From assembly GCA_015487235.1 (NCBI GenBank), contig WFQC01000152.1, positions 47,751-111,750 on the forward strand: a DNA stretch of 64,000 bases, in the 5' to 3' direction. Below the pieces are notes generated by a model that was not told the DNA's origin, ran no database searches, and was given only the letters and a program-made list of their open reading frames with translations. The stretch comes from Alteromonadaceae bacterium. Lineage in GTDB: Bacteria > Pseudomonadota > Gammaproteobacteria > Enterobacterales > Alteromonadaceae. The translations under genes and the position numbers were made by a program. Shown piece by piece: positions 20,536 through 30,350 of the stretch; within the stretch, counting starts at the first letter, position 1, and each line of letters starts with the position of its first letter.

Positions 20536-21517
20536 AAAGTACAGACTCTTTCAAAATTAAATTATCAAAATACATATTTAATGCTTCAAGTTGCTCATTT
20601 GCAGACTCTAAGGCATTAAAACTAGAGCGAAATTGTTTGCCTGATTTATGTGTTTGCATATACCAAGCAACATGTTTACGAGCAATACGAACACCCATAA
20701 ACTCGCCATAAAAAATGTGCAAAGCTTGCACGTGCTCAATAAGTATTGAGCGAATTTCATCCATGCTTGGTGCTGATAATTTATTACCTGTTTTCAAAAA
20801 ATGGTTAATTTCTCGAAATATCCACGGTCGCCCCTGCGCAGCACGACCGATCATAATGGCATCAGCACCAGTATAACTTAACACTTGTTCAGCTTTTTCA
20901 GCTGAGTCAACATCACCATTAGCTACAATGGGAATATCAACACTCTGCTTAATTGCTTTTATAGTGTCGTACTCAGCTTGACCTTTGTAAAAATCATTAC
21001 GAGTACGCCCATGAACAGCTAACGAAGCAATACCATTAGCTGCAGCAATTTTTGCAATTTCAACACCGTTGCGCGTATTTTCACACCACCCTGTACGTAT
21101 TTTTAACGTAACAGGAACAGCCACAGAGTTGACCACTGCTTTCACAATTTGTTCAACTAAAGCAGGTTCTTTTAATAGCGCTGAACCTGCTAGCTTTTTA
21201 TTTACTTTTTTTGCTGGGCAGCCCATATTAATATCAATAATTTGCGCGCCATTTTCAGCATTAACTTGAGCTGCATAAGCAAGCTCTTGCGGATCAGAGC
21301 CTGCAATTTGCACAGCTCGAATACCGGCTTCGCTCGAATGTTGCATTCGCTGTTGAGATTTGTTGCTATGCCATAGTTTGGCATTAGACGAAATCATTTC
21401 AGATACCGCCATACCAGCCCCCATTTGACAACAAAGTTGTCGAAAAGGTTGATCTGTAATTCCCGCCATTGGTGCAAGAATAACATTACTTTTTAACTGA
21501 TAAGAACCGATCTTCAC
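20528..21517 (-). CDS. dusB: tRNA-dihydrouridine synthase B
   Basis: 329 aa from a GTG start, with [15 protein letters not shown]. It is collinear with E. coli DusB and overlaps fis by 8 nt. Confidence 0.95.
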   Translation of the reverse strand: MKIGSYQLKSNVILAPMAGITDQPFRQLCCQMGAGMAVSEMISSNAKLWHSNKSQQRMQHSSEAGIRAVQIAGSDPQELAYAAQVNAENGAQIIDINMGCPAKKVNKKLAGSALLKEPALVEQIVKAVVNSVAVPVTLKIRTGWCENTRNGVEIAKIAAANGIASLAVHGRTRNDFYKGQAEYDTIKAIKQSVDIPIVANGDVDSAEKAEQVLSYTGADAIMIGRAAQGRPWIFREINHFLKTGNKLSAPSMDEIRSILIEHVQALHIFYGEFMGVRIARKHVAWYMQTHKSGKQFRSSFNALESANEQLEALNMYFDNLILKESVLYV

Positions 21518-21748
21518 GTTGATGCTTTTTTGAGCTAGCTGTCAAAAGGGCGCTAAGTTTACGTGTTTTTTTCACGATTGAAAAGCATATAAATTGAACA
21601 AAAATTGATTTTTTATAGGTTTTTTGTGTTGACATTTTATAAAGTGCTGATGTGTACAGTTTTTGTACAAAAAGAAGTGTATTGAAGTGATAAAGATTTG
21701 TTGAAATATTTAGCATAGCTGTGCTTGGCACTAAGCTTGACAATTAAC

Positions 21749-21786
21749 CTAGCCAGTAGATTCATTTAAATGAGTCTACTGGCTAG
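21749..21786. repeat. 38-bp near-perfect palindrome downstream of prmA
   Basis: CTAGCCAGTAGATTCATTT|AAATGAGTCTACTGGCTAG has 19-nt arms with one mismatch and no spacer. No U-run follows on either strand. Confidence 0.8.
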
Positions 21787-21848
21787 AGCATGTTAATTTT
21801 GGAGTATATTTTTTACAGGTATTAAGTTTATATCAAATCAACAACCAT

Positions 21849-22733
21849 TTATTGCTTTTTATACCCTGAAAGCAGTGCCCATTCATCTTGAATCACAATA
21901 GGATTCATCTTACACCACTGCCCATAAAGTTGCTGTAACGCTTGTGCTTGCTCCTCTAAAATACCCGATAAGGCTAATTGCCCACCTTGAGCAACAAATT
22001 CCATAATTACTGGGGCTAATTCTCGCAATGGGCCCGCTAAAATATTCGCAACAACAACATCGGCTTTTATGCTAGGTTGGTTGGCAGGTAAATATAAGCT
22101 AAGGCGGTCAGCAACATTATTACGCTCAGCATTGGCTTTGCTTGCTTGTAATGCTTGTGGGTCAATATCAATGCCAATAACTTCTTTGGCTCCTAGCTTT
22201 AATGCAGCTAGTGACAAAATACCCGAACCGCAACCAAAATCAACCACTGTTTTATTGCTTAAATCTAGGCTGTCTAACCAAGTTAAACATAATGCGGTGG
22301 TTGGATGCGTACCAGTACCAAACGCCAACCCCGGATCCAGCATTACATTTACCGCTTGAGGATCAGGCACTTCACGCCAGCTCGGACAAATCCATAAACG
22401 TTGGCCAAACTGCATGGGATGAAAGTTATCCATCCACTCTCGTTCCCAGTCTTTATCTTCTAGCTGTTCAAGTTTATATTGCATTGCTGCTTTATCAGGA
22501 TGAATACGCTGTAAATAAGCAATAACTTTATCCATATCATGGCTAGCATCATATAACCCCATCACGACAGTGTCAGACCAATAAATTTGTTCATCTCCAG
22601 GTAAGGGTTCATAAATGGGGGTGTCTTTAGAGTCAATAAAAGTAACCGCTTGTGCACCACAGGCCATTAACCAATCACTATACTTTTCTGCTGTTTCTTC
22701 ATCAGCACTTAACCTAAGTTGGATCCAAGGCAT
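21849..22733 (-). CDS. prmA: Ribosomal protein L11 methyltransferase
   Basis: 294 aa, [13 protein letters not shown]...[18 protein letters not shown], collinear with E. coli PrmA. Confidence 0.95.
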   Translation of the reverse strand: MPWIQLRLSADEETAEKYSDWLMACGAQAVTFIDSKDTPIYEPLPGDEQIYWSDTVVMGLYDASHDMDKVIAYLQRIHPDKAAMQYKLEQLEDKDWEREWMDNFHPMQFGQRLWICPSWREVPDPQAVNVMLDPGLAFGTGTHPTTALCLTWLDSLDLSNKTVVDFGCGSGILSLAALKLGAKEVIGIDIDPQALQASKANAERNNVADRLSLYLPANQPSIKADVVVANILAGPLRELAPVIMEFVAQGGQLALSGILEEQAQALQQLYGQWCKMNPIVIQDEWALLSGYKKQ

Positions 22734-22859
22734 TAATTAAATAATCTCTTATATAAAATTTGATCTAAGTTTATCATTCCTTAATAGTTGAGAATAGTCA
22801 TATACAGTGTTATAGATTGATAGTAGGATTAGCCGTAAAGGCATTATGTTATTCTTTGT

Positions 22860-23597
22860 ATGAAAAACTTTTTTTATCTCATATTATTTTTTTGCAGTAT
22901 GAAAGTAGTTGCAGTTGAGCTCAAGTTTGTAACTGAGGATCTGCCTCCCCTGCAATATAACAATCATGACAAGCCCGCAACGGGTGCAATGGTAGAGCTT
23001 GTTCGTTTATTAATCAAAGAAAGCCAATTTTCTGGTAATATTTACATTTACCCTTGGGCGCGCAGTTATCAAATGGCAAAAAATGATGCCAATACCATTA
23101 TTTTTTCAATGTTTCGTTCTCCTGATAGAGAAAAACACTTTCAATGGATAGGAAAAATTTACAGTATTGACTCCTATTTAGTTGCGCTAAAATCACGTCA
23201 AGATATTACCGTAGCCAATCTCAATGATGCCAAAGCCTATACTGTAGGGTCAATTAGAGATGATCTTGCTGAAACCTATTTAAAAGAACGTGGTTTTATT
23301 GAAGATAAGAACCTATATTTAAGTAGTGCTTATCCTGTTTTATGGAAAATGCTCTATAGTGGCAGAACAGATCTCGCCTTTACGAATAGCCTAGTATGGC
23401 AATATGAAATTAAGCACTCAAACTTAGATCCTGATAAGATTAAATTTATTTATAAAATACCTGATATTACTGATGATTTGTATATTGCCGCCAGTTTAAC
23501 CACTGATATAAACATTGTAAAAAAACTACAGCAGGCATTACAACAACTCAAAGCAGATGGCCGTTATCAAAGTATTCTGAAAAAATGGCAACTTTAA
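22860..23597 (+). CDS. Orphan periplasmic solute-binding-protein-like protein (family 3 type)
   Basis: 245 aa with an N-terminal signal-like segment. Size and pattern fit SBP_bac_3-like proteins. No permease or ATPase gene lies nearby. Confidence 0.6.
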   Translation: MKNFFYLILFFCSMKVVAVELKFVTEDLPPLQYNNHDKPATGAMVELVRLLIKESQFSGNIYIYPWARSYQMAKNDANTIIFSMFRSPDREKHFQWIGKIYSIDSYLVALKSRQDITVANLNDAKAYTVGSIRDDLAETYLKERGFIEDKNLYLSSAYPVLWKMLYSGRTDLAFTNSLVWQYEIKHSNLDPDKIKFIYKIPDITDDLYIAASLTTDINIVKKLQQALQQLKADGRYQSILKKWQL

Positions 23598-23612
23598 CCA
23601 AGAGACACCGTA

Positions 23613-24578
23613 ATGAAATATTTTCCCGTATTTATTGATGGCGACAAAATTGATGCCATGGTAATTGGTGGTGGCGATGTTGCAGCACGCAAAATAGAAT
23701 TATTACTAAAATCAACCAATAAAATCACTATTATGGCAGCCCAAATTAATGCCAATGTTTTACGATTAATTGAACATTATCACTTAACTTGGTTAGAACA
23801 TAATTATCGTACGGGCTTGCTTTGTGGTAAAAACTTAGTGATTGCCGCAACCGATAACAGCCAAGTCAATAAAAGTGTTTATGAAGAAGCCGAACAATTA
23901 AACATATTGGTTAATGTAGTAGATCAACCTGATTTATGTACTTACATAACCCCAGCAATAATTGATCGTTCGCCCATGATCATCGCGATTTCTAGCTCAG
24001 GCAGCGCTCCTGTATTAGTACGTATGTTACGTGAACAAATCGACAAAATGTTGCCCGACGGTTATGGCAAACTGGCTAAATTTTCATATAAATTTAGAGA
24101 TCATGTAAAAGCACGTATTAAAGGCGTGCGTAATCGCCGAACTTTTTGGGAAAAAACTCTTAATGGTGTAATTGGGCATACCGTACTCGCAGGCGATATT
24201 AACAAGGCAGAGCAAAAGCTCATTGCCAGCCTAAAACAACAAATCCCTCCCCCTGATGGTGAAATAGTGTTTATTCATACCCTCACAGGTGATCCTGATA
24301 ATTTAACACTCAAAGCTCATCGAGAAATGCAGTTTGCTGATGCCGTATTTTATGATGAGGACGTTAATGACGCCTTAATAGATTATGTAAGACGTGATGC
24401 TGAAAAGTACCCTCAAGCAGTTAGCTCATCTATTTTAGTTAACTATCAACATGCTATTGAGTTAGCACAAACAGGGCAAAAAGTTATTTACTTGCTCGCA
24501 GGCAATGAGCCGTTGCCTAATAATGTTGCTCTACAACAAAGTGGCATACTCACTAAAACGATTTTTTGTGGTGGTTAA
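23613..24578 (+). CDS. CysG-like siroheme synthase N-terminal module with a truncated, degenerate methyltransferase remnant
   Basis: 321 aa. Residues 1-200 align with the precorrin-2 dehydrogenase/ferrochelatase half of CysG (VIGGGDVAARKIELLL, ITPAIIDRSPMIIAISSSGSAPVL). The remaining ~110 aa align to the start of the SUMT domain, but GAGPGD is HTLTGD and GGDPFIFG is AGNEPLPN. The protein ends after about one third of that domain. Confidence 0.75.
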   Translation: MKYFPVFIDGDKIDAMVIGGGDVAARKIELLLKSTNKITIMAAQINANVLRLIEHYHLTWLEHNYRTGLLCGKNLVIAATDNSQVNKSVYEEAEQLNILVNVVDQPDLCTYITPAIIDRSPMIIAISSSGSAPVLVRMLREQIDKMLPDGYGKLAKFSYKFRDHVKARIKGVRNRRTFWEKTLNGVIGHTVLAGDINKAEQKLIASLKQQIPPPDGEIVFIHTLTGDPDNLTLKAHREMQFADAVFYDEDVNDALIDYVRRDAEKYPQAVSSSILVNYQHAIELAQTGQKVIYLLAGNEPLPNNVALQQSGILTKTIFCGG

Positions 24579-25235
24579 TTAAAGTGCACACGCAACGACT
24601 GCTGATCTTTTTTTGTCATTTTACCAACGACCAACCAATAGGAATTGTCCATCATTCGTTCAAGCTCACCGTGAGGAACACTGCCATCTAATATAATGGT
24701 ATTCCATGATTTTTTACACATATGATAGCCGGGAATAATGGCAGGAAAAATATCTCTGAGCATTATAGCTTCGTTAGGATCACATTTTAAATTAAGCCAA
24801 TAATATTTTTTATCCGCTGGTGTTTTATCAACACTTTTAGCGCGCTCACCTAGTGCCAATGTTGCAAACATTTTATTTTTTACTTTATACCCATGATACT
24901 TCAAGATGCGAGTTTCAGGATGCCTGAGCGATTCATGGTCAAGGCGCATCTTTTTATTAATGGTGTTCCCTTAAAAATAGATGCAACGAAGAACATGATT
25001 TGCTCAGGTATCCCCGTAAGGGCTGGTTTATAAACGCTTTATGCTACGTTATTGATTTCAACAAGGGAACAACCATTCTCTTCAATCAATGCCTTGCCTA
25101 AAAGCGTTTCTAATTCCAGCTGAATCCTGTATCTTGAGGTAACATGGGTATAAACACCATAATATCGTCACCAAAAGGATAACCAAGGCTGGTTTCAGGT
25201 TTTGCTAACAAGTACTGTTTAATTTGCGCTAACAT
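24575..25235 (-). pseudogene. MmcQ/YjbR-family gene split by a MITE insertion
   Basis: The N-terminal 28 codons (25152-25235, MLAQIKQYLLAKPETSLGYPFGDDIMVF) and the C-terminal 103 codons (24575-24886, KVKNKMFATL...GYHMCKKSWNTIILDG...) are in frame once the element and one TA are removed. The track ORF 24575-24949 (124 aa) starts with 21 element-encoded residues. Confidence 0.8.
24888..25150. mobile_element. 263-bp MITE-like nonautonomous element with TA target-site duplication
   Basis: The termini are TACCCATGATACTTCAAGATGCGAGTTTCAGG and GCTGAATCCTGTATCTTGAGGTAACATGGGTA. These 32-nt inverted repeats match at 25 of 32 positions and at 18 of the first 20. TA flanks both ends (24886-24887 and 25151-25152). 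The element has no transposase-sized ORF. Confidence 0.8.
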
Positions 25236-25321
25236 TATTTTTCCTCGAATAATAAATTTTATTAATGACAATTATGCTAACAATGGCACAATAGTAACAA
25301 TAATAAAAATAAGGATCTTAA

Positions 25322-26575
25322 ATGAAAGTTGTAATTAGCTTATTGTTATTGTTGTTAAGTAGTTTCAGCCATAGTGCTGAACAAGCGGAACAAATATTTA
25401 ATCAATTAGCGCCTTCACTCTATCAAATTCGCTTAATCGACAAAGCTAGCGGTGAGAAATCATCAATAGGCTCTGGTTTTCAAATTACTGCCGATGGTTT
25501 AATTGCAACCAATTATCATGTGGTTTCTGGTTTTGCGCGTTATCCCCATAAATATCAACTAGAGTATTTAGACAATCAAGGCAATAAAGCTGAATTAACC
25601 TTAGAAAGCGTTGATATTATTAATGATTTGGCCTTAGTAAAACGCGCAACAACCACTAAAATGCCCTATTTTACTATTGCGCAAAAACCCCCTATTAAAG
25701 GGGAAGAAATTTACTCTTTAGGTAATCCTCATGATCTTGGCATGATTGTCGTGCCAGGAACTTATAATGGTTTAAAAATAGAGTCTTTTAGTGACCGAAT
25801 TCATTTTACAGGCGCAGTAAACCCTGGCATGAGCGGTGGCCCTGTAGTTAATGCACAAGCTGAAGTTGTTGGTATTAATGTGGCCACATCAGGTAATCAA
25901 ATAGGTTTTTTGGTACCTCATCAAAAATTAGTTGACCTATTCACGAGTTATCAACAAAGCCCTCCACAAAGCATTGAAAAACAAATGCATGAACAATTAT
26001 TAGCTAACCAACAAGCATTAATTTCTGCTATTTTGGCTGAACCTTGGCAACAGAAACCGCTAGGAAATGCCGTAATTCCTGATTTTAATGTGCCTTTTAT
26101 TCGCTGTTGGGGTGAGTCAAACGCTGATAGAAGTGATGCCTTAGTACTGCTTGTAGTAACAAGTTGTGCGCTTGAAGAAGACACTTATATTGATAACAGT
26201 TTCTCTACTGATGTGGTTGAAATGGAATTTCGCTACATGAAAAGTAAAAAGCTCAATGCATTAAAGTTTTATAATATTTACCAACAACAGTTGTATCGAG
26301 TAGGGCCTGACAATCAAGCGGGTAAAGATGATGTGACTGAATTTCAGTGCCATCATGATCTTGTCACTAACAGTGCTAAGAATACCGACAGCAAAGCTAT
26401 TTTCTGTACTCGTGCTTATAAAAAGTTTCCGCAACTTTATGATGTCCTTTATTTATCAGCTTCTGTTGATAAAAATGATCAAGCTTTAATTAGTCATTTC
26501 ACTTTAGCCGGTGTCACACAAGCATCAGCCGCCGCCTTTACTAAGCAATTTATGGAGGCAGTATCATGGAAATAA
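25322..26575 (+). CDS. Secreted trypsin-like (S1-family) serine protease with a Cys-containing C-terminal domain of unknown function
   Basis: 417 aa with a signal peptide (MKVVISLLLLLLSSFSHSA). Catalytic-triad contexts are ATNYHVV, INDLALVK and NPGMSGGPV. No PDZ-like region is recognisable. The C-terminal ~200 aa contain four Cys. Confidence 0.8.
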   Translation: MKVVISLLLLLLSSFSHSAEQAEQIFNQLAPSLYQIRLIDKASGEKSSIGSGFQITADGLIATNYHVVSGFARYPHKYQLEYLDNQGNKAELTLESVDIINDLALVKRATTTKMPYFTIAQKPPIKGEEIYSLGNPHDLGMIVVPGTYNGLKIESFSDRIHFTGAVNPGMSGGPVVNAQAEVVGINVATSGNQIGFLVPHQKLVDLFTSYQQSPPQSIEKQMHEQLLANQQALISAILAEPWQQKPLGNAVIPDFNVPFIRCWGESNADRSDALVLLVVTSCALEEDTYIDNSFSTDVVEMEFRYMKSKKLNALKFYNIYQQQLYRVGPDNQAGKDDVTEFQCHHDLVTNSAKNTDSKAIFCTRAYKKFPQLYDVLYLSASVDKNDQALISHFTLAGVTQASAAAFTKQFMEAVSWK

Positions 26576-27531
26576 TTATCGAGGAGATCGGTCGCAATAA
26601 AAAACTATTAGCTCGACATAAATTTTTAACGAACAAAGTGACCTTAGGACGCGGCTACAATAATAGCGTTATATTGTCAGATCCTCATATTTGCCCAGAA
26701 CACCTTTCAATAGAGTTTGATGGCGAAAATTGGCTAGTTAAAGACAATAATAGTATCAATGGCAGTTTTTTAGCAGAAAGTAAGCAAAATGCTGATCAAC
26801 ATATTATTCATTCTGGTGATATTATTCGCTTAGGTAAAAGCTTTATTCGCATTATTTTACCTAATCACCCCGTTGAAAGCACCGTACCTTTTAGCTTCTT
26901 TGAAGGTCTTATTGATTTTTTACGAAAGCCACTCATTATTGCGTTCAATATTGCCTTTTTTACGCTTATTGCAGGGTTAATGTTTTATCTAAATCAGCCT
27001 AGCGATGTCAACTTTACACAAGTGATTGTACGCGCCATCGGCATTACTTTAATGTTTGCCACATGGCCTGTAATGATTGCTTTAATATCACACTTTAATA
27101 AACACGAAGCCCGTATTGTTACCCAATTAGCGGTAAGCTTTGCCTTTTTCAATTTAATGTGGTTTAGTGATGTTTTTGAAAGTATCGTCGCTTTTAACCT
27201 CTCTGCAAACTGGTCACTTGATAATCTAATAGCGTTAGTGCCCATTGCTCTCGCATTTTTGATGATTTGGCTCAATTGTTATATCGGCTTTCATATGAGT
27301 AAACGCAAACGTACCATTATTGCGTTATCAATTACTACCGTACTTTTTGGTGGTGGTTACATGATACAGTTGAGTAAACAGCCAGACTTTAGCGTATTGC
27401 CTAATTATGATGCGACAATTATGAATCCGGTATTTAAATTTGCGCCTAGCTCTTCAGTGGATGAATTTATTGAAGATACTAACAGGCTCTTTGAAAAAAC
27501 AGCCAAAGAAGCTCAAAAAAATAAAGAATAG
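26566..27531 (+). CDS. FHA-domain membrane protein (N-terminal FHA, about five TM segments)
   Basis: 321 aa. The FHA pattern is VTLGRGYNNSVILSDPHICPEHLSIEFDGENWLVKDNNSINGSFL, followed by five hydrophobic helices and a charged tail. The start overlaps the protease stop by 10 nt. Confidence 0.8.
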   Translation: MEIIIEEIGRNKKLLARHKFLTNKVTLGRGYNNSVILSDPHICPEHLSIEFDGENWLVKDNNSINGSFLAESKQNADQHIIHSGDIIRLGKSFIRIILPNHPVESTVPFSFFEGLIDFLRKPLIIAFNIAFFTLIAGLMFYLNQPSDVNFTQVIVRAIGITLMFATWPVMIALISHFNKHEARIVTQLAVSFAFFNLMWFSDVFESIVAFNLSANWSLDNLIALVPIALAFLMIWLNCYIGFHMSKRKRTIIALSITTVLFGGGYMIQLSKQPDFSVLPNYDATIMNPVFKFAPSSSVDEFIEDTNRLFEKTAKEAQKNKE

Positions 27532-27547
27532 CAATTAAAATAACCCT

Positions 27548-27578
27548 AAAAAAACGCGGTCACGAGGCCGCGTTTTTT
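27548..27578. terminator. Bidirectional rho-independent terminator
   Basis: AAAAAAACGCGG-TCACGAGG-CCGCGTTTTTT lies between the convergent FHA gene and trpS. Confidence 0.8.
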
Positions 27579-27601
27579 ATTTATTTTAAACTTCCTAAGT
27601 G

Positions 27602-28606
27602 TTACGGACGAGGAATAAAACCAACCGCGTCATATACTGAAGCCAACACCTTACTGGCGCGAATAGAGGCTTTTTCAGCACCCTGTTGCATCACACTATT
27701 TAAGAAAGCTTGATCATGACGGTATTGATGATATTTCATTTGAATGGGTTCAAGCATGGCAACAACGGCATCAGCAACATCAACCTTCAAATGGCCATAC
27801 ATTTTACCTTCATATTTTGGCACTAGATCAGCAATTGGCGTACCGGTAGCACAAGATAATAAAGACAATAAGTTTGAAACACCGGGCTTTTCTTTTACAT
27901 CAAAATAAATACGCGCTTGTTCATCTGAATCAGTTACTGCTCGTTTTATTTTTTTAGCAATTTTTTTAGGATCTTCTAACAAGCCAACAAAATTACCTGT
28001 ATTCACGTCTGATTTTGACATTTTCTTGGTGGGCTCTAATAAACTCATCACCCGTGCCCCATGTTCAGGAATATAAGGATCAGGGATAGTAAATACTTCA
28101 CCGTGTAAATTATTAAAACGTGTGGCAATATCGCGAGCAAGCTCTAAATGCTGTTTTTGATCTTCACCAACAGGTACGCGATCAGCACGATATAATAAAA
28201 TATCAGCGGCCATCAATACCGGATAAGTAAATAAACCTGAATTCATATTAGCTTCAGATTTTTGCGACTTATCTTTGTACTGTGTCATACGGTTTAATTC
28301 ACCCATTTGGGTATAACAGTTTAACACCCAACTAAGTTGTGCATGTTCTGGCACGTGCGATTGAATAAAAATAGTACTTTTATCAGCATCAACACCACAG
28401 GCTAAATAAAGGGCTAACCCATCTAAGGTTGCTTTACGTAAATCATCTGGGTTAGGACGAACAGTAATGGCATGCTGGTCAACCAACATGTAATAGCATT
28501 CATGGCTATCTTGCATATCAACCCATTGCTTCAACGCTCCTAAATAGTTACCTATCGTTAATTCACCCGATGGCTGACAGCCACTTAATACAATCGGTTT
28601 ACTCAT
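27602..28606 (-). CDS. trpS: Tryptophan--tRNA ligase
   Basis: 334 aa with a class I HIGH-region equivalent (TIGNYLG) and an exact KMSKS motif. Confidence 0.96.
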   Translation of the reverse strand: MSKPIVLSGCQPSGELTIGNYLGALKQWVDMQDSHECYYMLVDQHAITVRPNPDDLRKATLDGLALYLACGVDADKSTIFIQSHVPEHAQLSWVLNCYTQMGELNRMTQYKDKSQKSEANMNSGLFTYPVLMAADILLYRADRVPVGEDQKQHLELARDIATRFNNLHGEVFTIPDPYIPEHGARVMSLLEPTKKMSKSDVNTGNFVGLLEDPKKIAKKIKRAVTDSDEQARIYFDVKEKPGVSNLLSLLSCATGTPIADLVPKYEGKMYGHLKVDVADAVVAMLEPIQMKYHQYRHDQAFLNSVMQQGAEKASIRASKVLASVYDAVGFIPRP

Positions 28607-28630
28607 GGTTTTCCTAATTTAAACTATTAA

Positions 28631-29302
28631 TTATTTAACTTGAGCCAGTTGCTCACGCATTTTATCGATCACTTGTTTATAATCTGGCTGTGAAAAAATA
28701 GCCGAACCGGCAACAAACATATCAGCCCCTGCCGCCGCTATTTCAGCAATATTGTCAACTTTAACGCCACCATCAACTTCTAAACGAATATTACGACCAC
28801 TGGCTTGTATTTTTTCTTTTACCATACGCAATTTATCGAGCGTACTCGGAATGAAAGACTGCCCACCAAAACCAGGATTTACTGACATTAATAAAATAAT
28901 ATCGAGTTTATCCATAACAAAATCTAAATAATGCAATGGCGTTGCAGGGTTTAATACAATACCTGCTTGGCAACCCTGATCCTTAATGAGTTGTATAGTA
29001 CGATCAAGGTGAATACTGGCTTCAGGATGGAAGGTTATAATACTAGCACCCGCTTTAGCAAACTGCGGGATTAACGCATCAACAGGCTCTACCATCAAGT
29101 GCACATCGATAGGCGCTGTAATACCGTAATCTCTTAATGCTTGGCACACCATGGGGCCAAACGTTAAATTAGGTACAAAATGATTATCCATTACATCAAA
29201 ATGAACAACATCAGCACCTGCGGCAATGACTTTAGCCACATCATCACCTAAACGAGCAAAGTCAGCTGAAAGTATTGAAGGAGCAATTAAATAAGAAGAC
29301 AT
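28631..29302 (-). CDS. rpe: Ribulose-phosphate 3-epimerase
   Basis: 223 aa, [17 protein letters not shown]...[16 protein letters not shown]. Confidence 0.96.
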   Translation of the reverse strand: MSSYLIAPSILSADFARLGDDVAKVIAAGADVVHFDVMDNHFVPNLTFGPMVCQALRDYGITAPIDVHLMVEPVDALIPQFAKAGASIITFHPEASIHLDRTIQLIKDQGCQAGIVLNPATPLHYLDFVMDKLDIILLMSVNPGFGGQSFIPSTLDKLRMVKEKIQASGRNIRLEVDGGVKVDNIAEIAAAGADMFVAGSAIFSQPDYKQVIDKMREQLAQVK

Positions 29303-29550
29303 AACACAGCCCTAATAAAATTTTCGCTACTTTACCTAATAGTGCTCAATTATTGAAGTGTTAGCGCTGATATAAGCGTAATTTTATTGCACCATTTTGG
29401 CTGTTCTAGCACTTTTTTTGCGCAATAATATTATTTATTAATAACAAAATAAATCTAATCAACTGTATTTATTACAAAAAACCTCTAGGCACCATCTTTG
29501 CAGAACAAGACATAATTCGAAAAGATTTTATCAACTGTTGAAAAGGAAAT

Positions 29551-30201
29551 ATGATGCATAAGTTATTAAAATTTACTTTGCTAGGTATATCATCACTCTC
29601 TTTGCCTACTCTTGCCGTTGAAGGCTTGTCTGCTAATGTTGGCGTAACCAATAATTATTTATGGCGTGGGGTCACGCAAACGCAAAATGCCGCTGCTATT
29701 TCAGGGGGCGTTGATTATGAAAGAGCTGGCTTTGCCATTGGCGCATGGACATCAAATGCAAGTTGGGCAGAAAATATGAGTTATGAGCTCGACTTATATG
29801 CAAGCTACTCAGGTGATCTTAGTGATAAACTTTCTTATTCACTCGGTTATATTTATTATGATTATGACAGTGCCGCGCAAGCTGATTTTAGTGAAATATT
29901 TGCATCTCTCAGTTATCAAAACTTTACCGTTACCTATAATACACTCGCCGATACACAAGCTGGTGGTAGCTTCGCTGAGGATACTTATATCAGTATAGAT
30001 GCTGAATTTGCCTTAACGTCAGCGCTCAATTTAGCCTTACATGCAGGTAGCTATCAGTTCAAAAATAGCGATAATTATCGTAATTATGCCATCAGCCTAA
30101 CAAAAGATCAGTTTACCGTAAGTTTATCTGATACCGACTTAGCCAACAGTGATGGCGATTTGAATATTCAAGTGTTATATACCATGAGTTTGGATTTATG
30201 A
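29551..30201 (+). CDS. TorF/Gcw_chp-family putative outer-membrane beta-barrel protein
   Basis: 216 aa with a signal peptide. The N-terminal motif GVTNNYLWRGVTQTQNAAAISGGVDYE...GAWTSN is characteristic of the TIGR02001 family as I recall it. Confidence 0.7.
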   Translation: MMHKLLKFTLLGISSLSLPTLAVEGLSANVGVTNNYLWRGVTQTQNAAAISGGVDYERAGFAIGAWTSNASWAENMSYELDLYASYSGDLSDKLSYSLGYIYYDYDSAAQADFSEIFASLSYQNFTVTYNTLADTQAGGSFAEDTYISIDAEFALTSALNLALHAGSYQFKNSDNYRNYAISLTKDQFTVSLSDTDLANSDGDLNIQVLYTMSLDL

Positions 30202-30350
30202 CCGTTTAGACTTAATTTTCAGCATTTGTTTTGGCAATAGTTTACTGTCAAACGATACAAGGCAGAGAGTGTATAAAAAATACTCGTTTATTTTATCTTA
30301 GTGAACATTTTTGTTATACTGCCGCCAAGATAAAAATAGGATAAAAAATT

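Noticed and set aside
21653-21669. TGTACA-N5-TGTACA in the dusB upstream region, considered as a LexA/SOS box.
   Set aside because: It does not fit CTGT-N8-ACAG spacing. No regulator can be assigned from the sequence alone.
21486-21743. 85-aa ORF in the dusB-prmA intergenic region.
   Set aside because: It lies in AT-rich promoter DNA, overlaps the dusB start, and has no ribosome-binding site and an odd composition.
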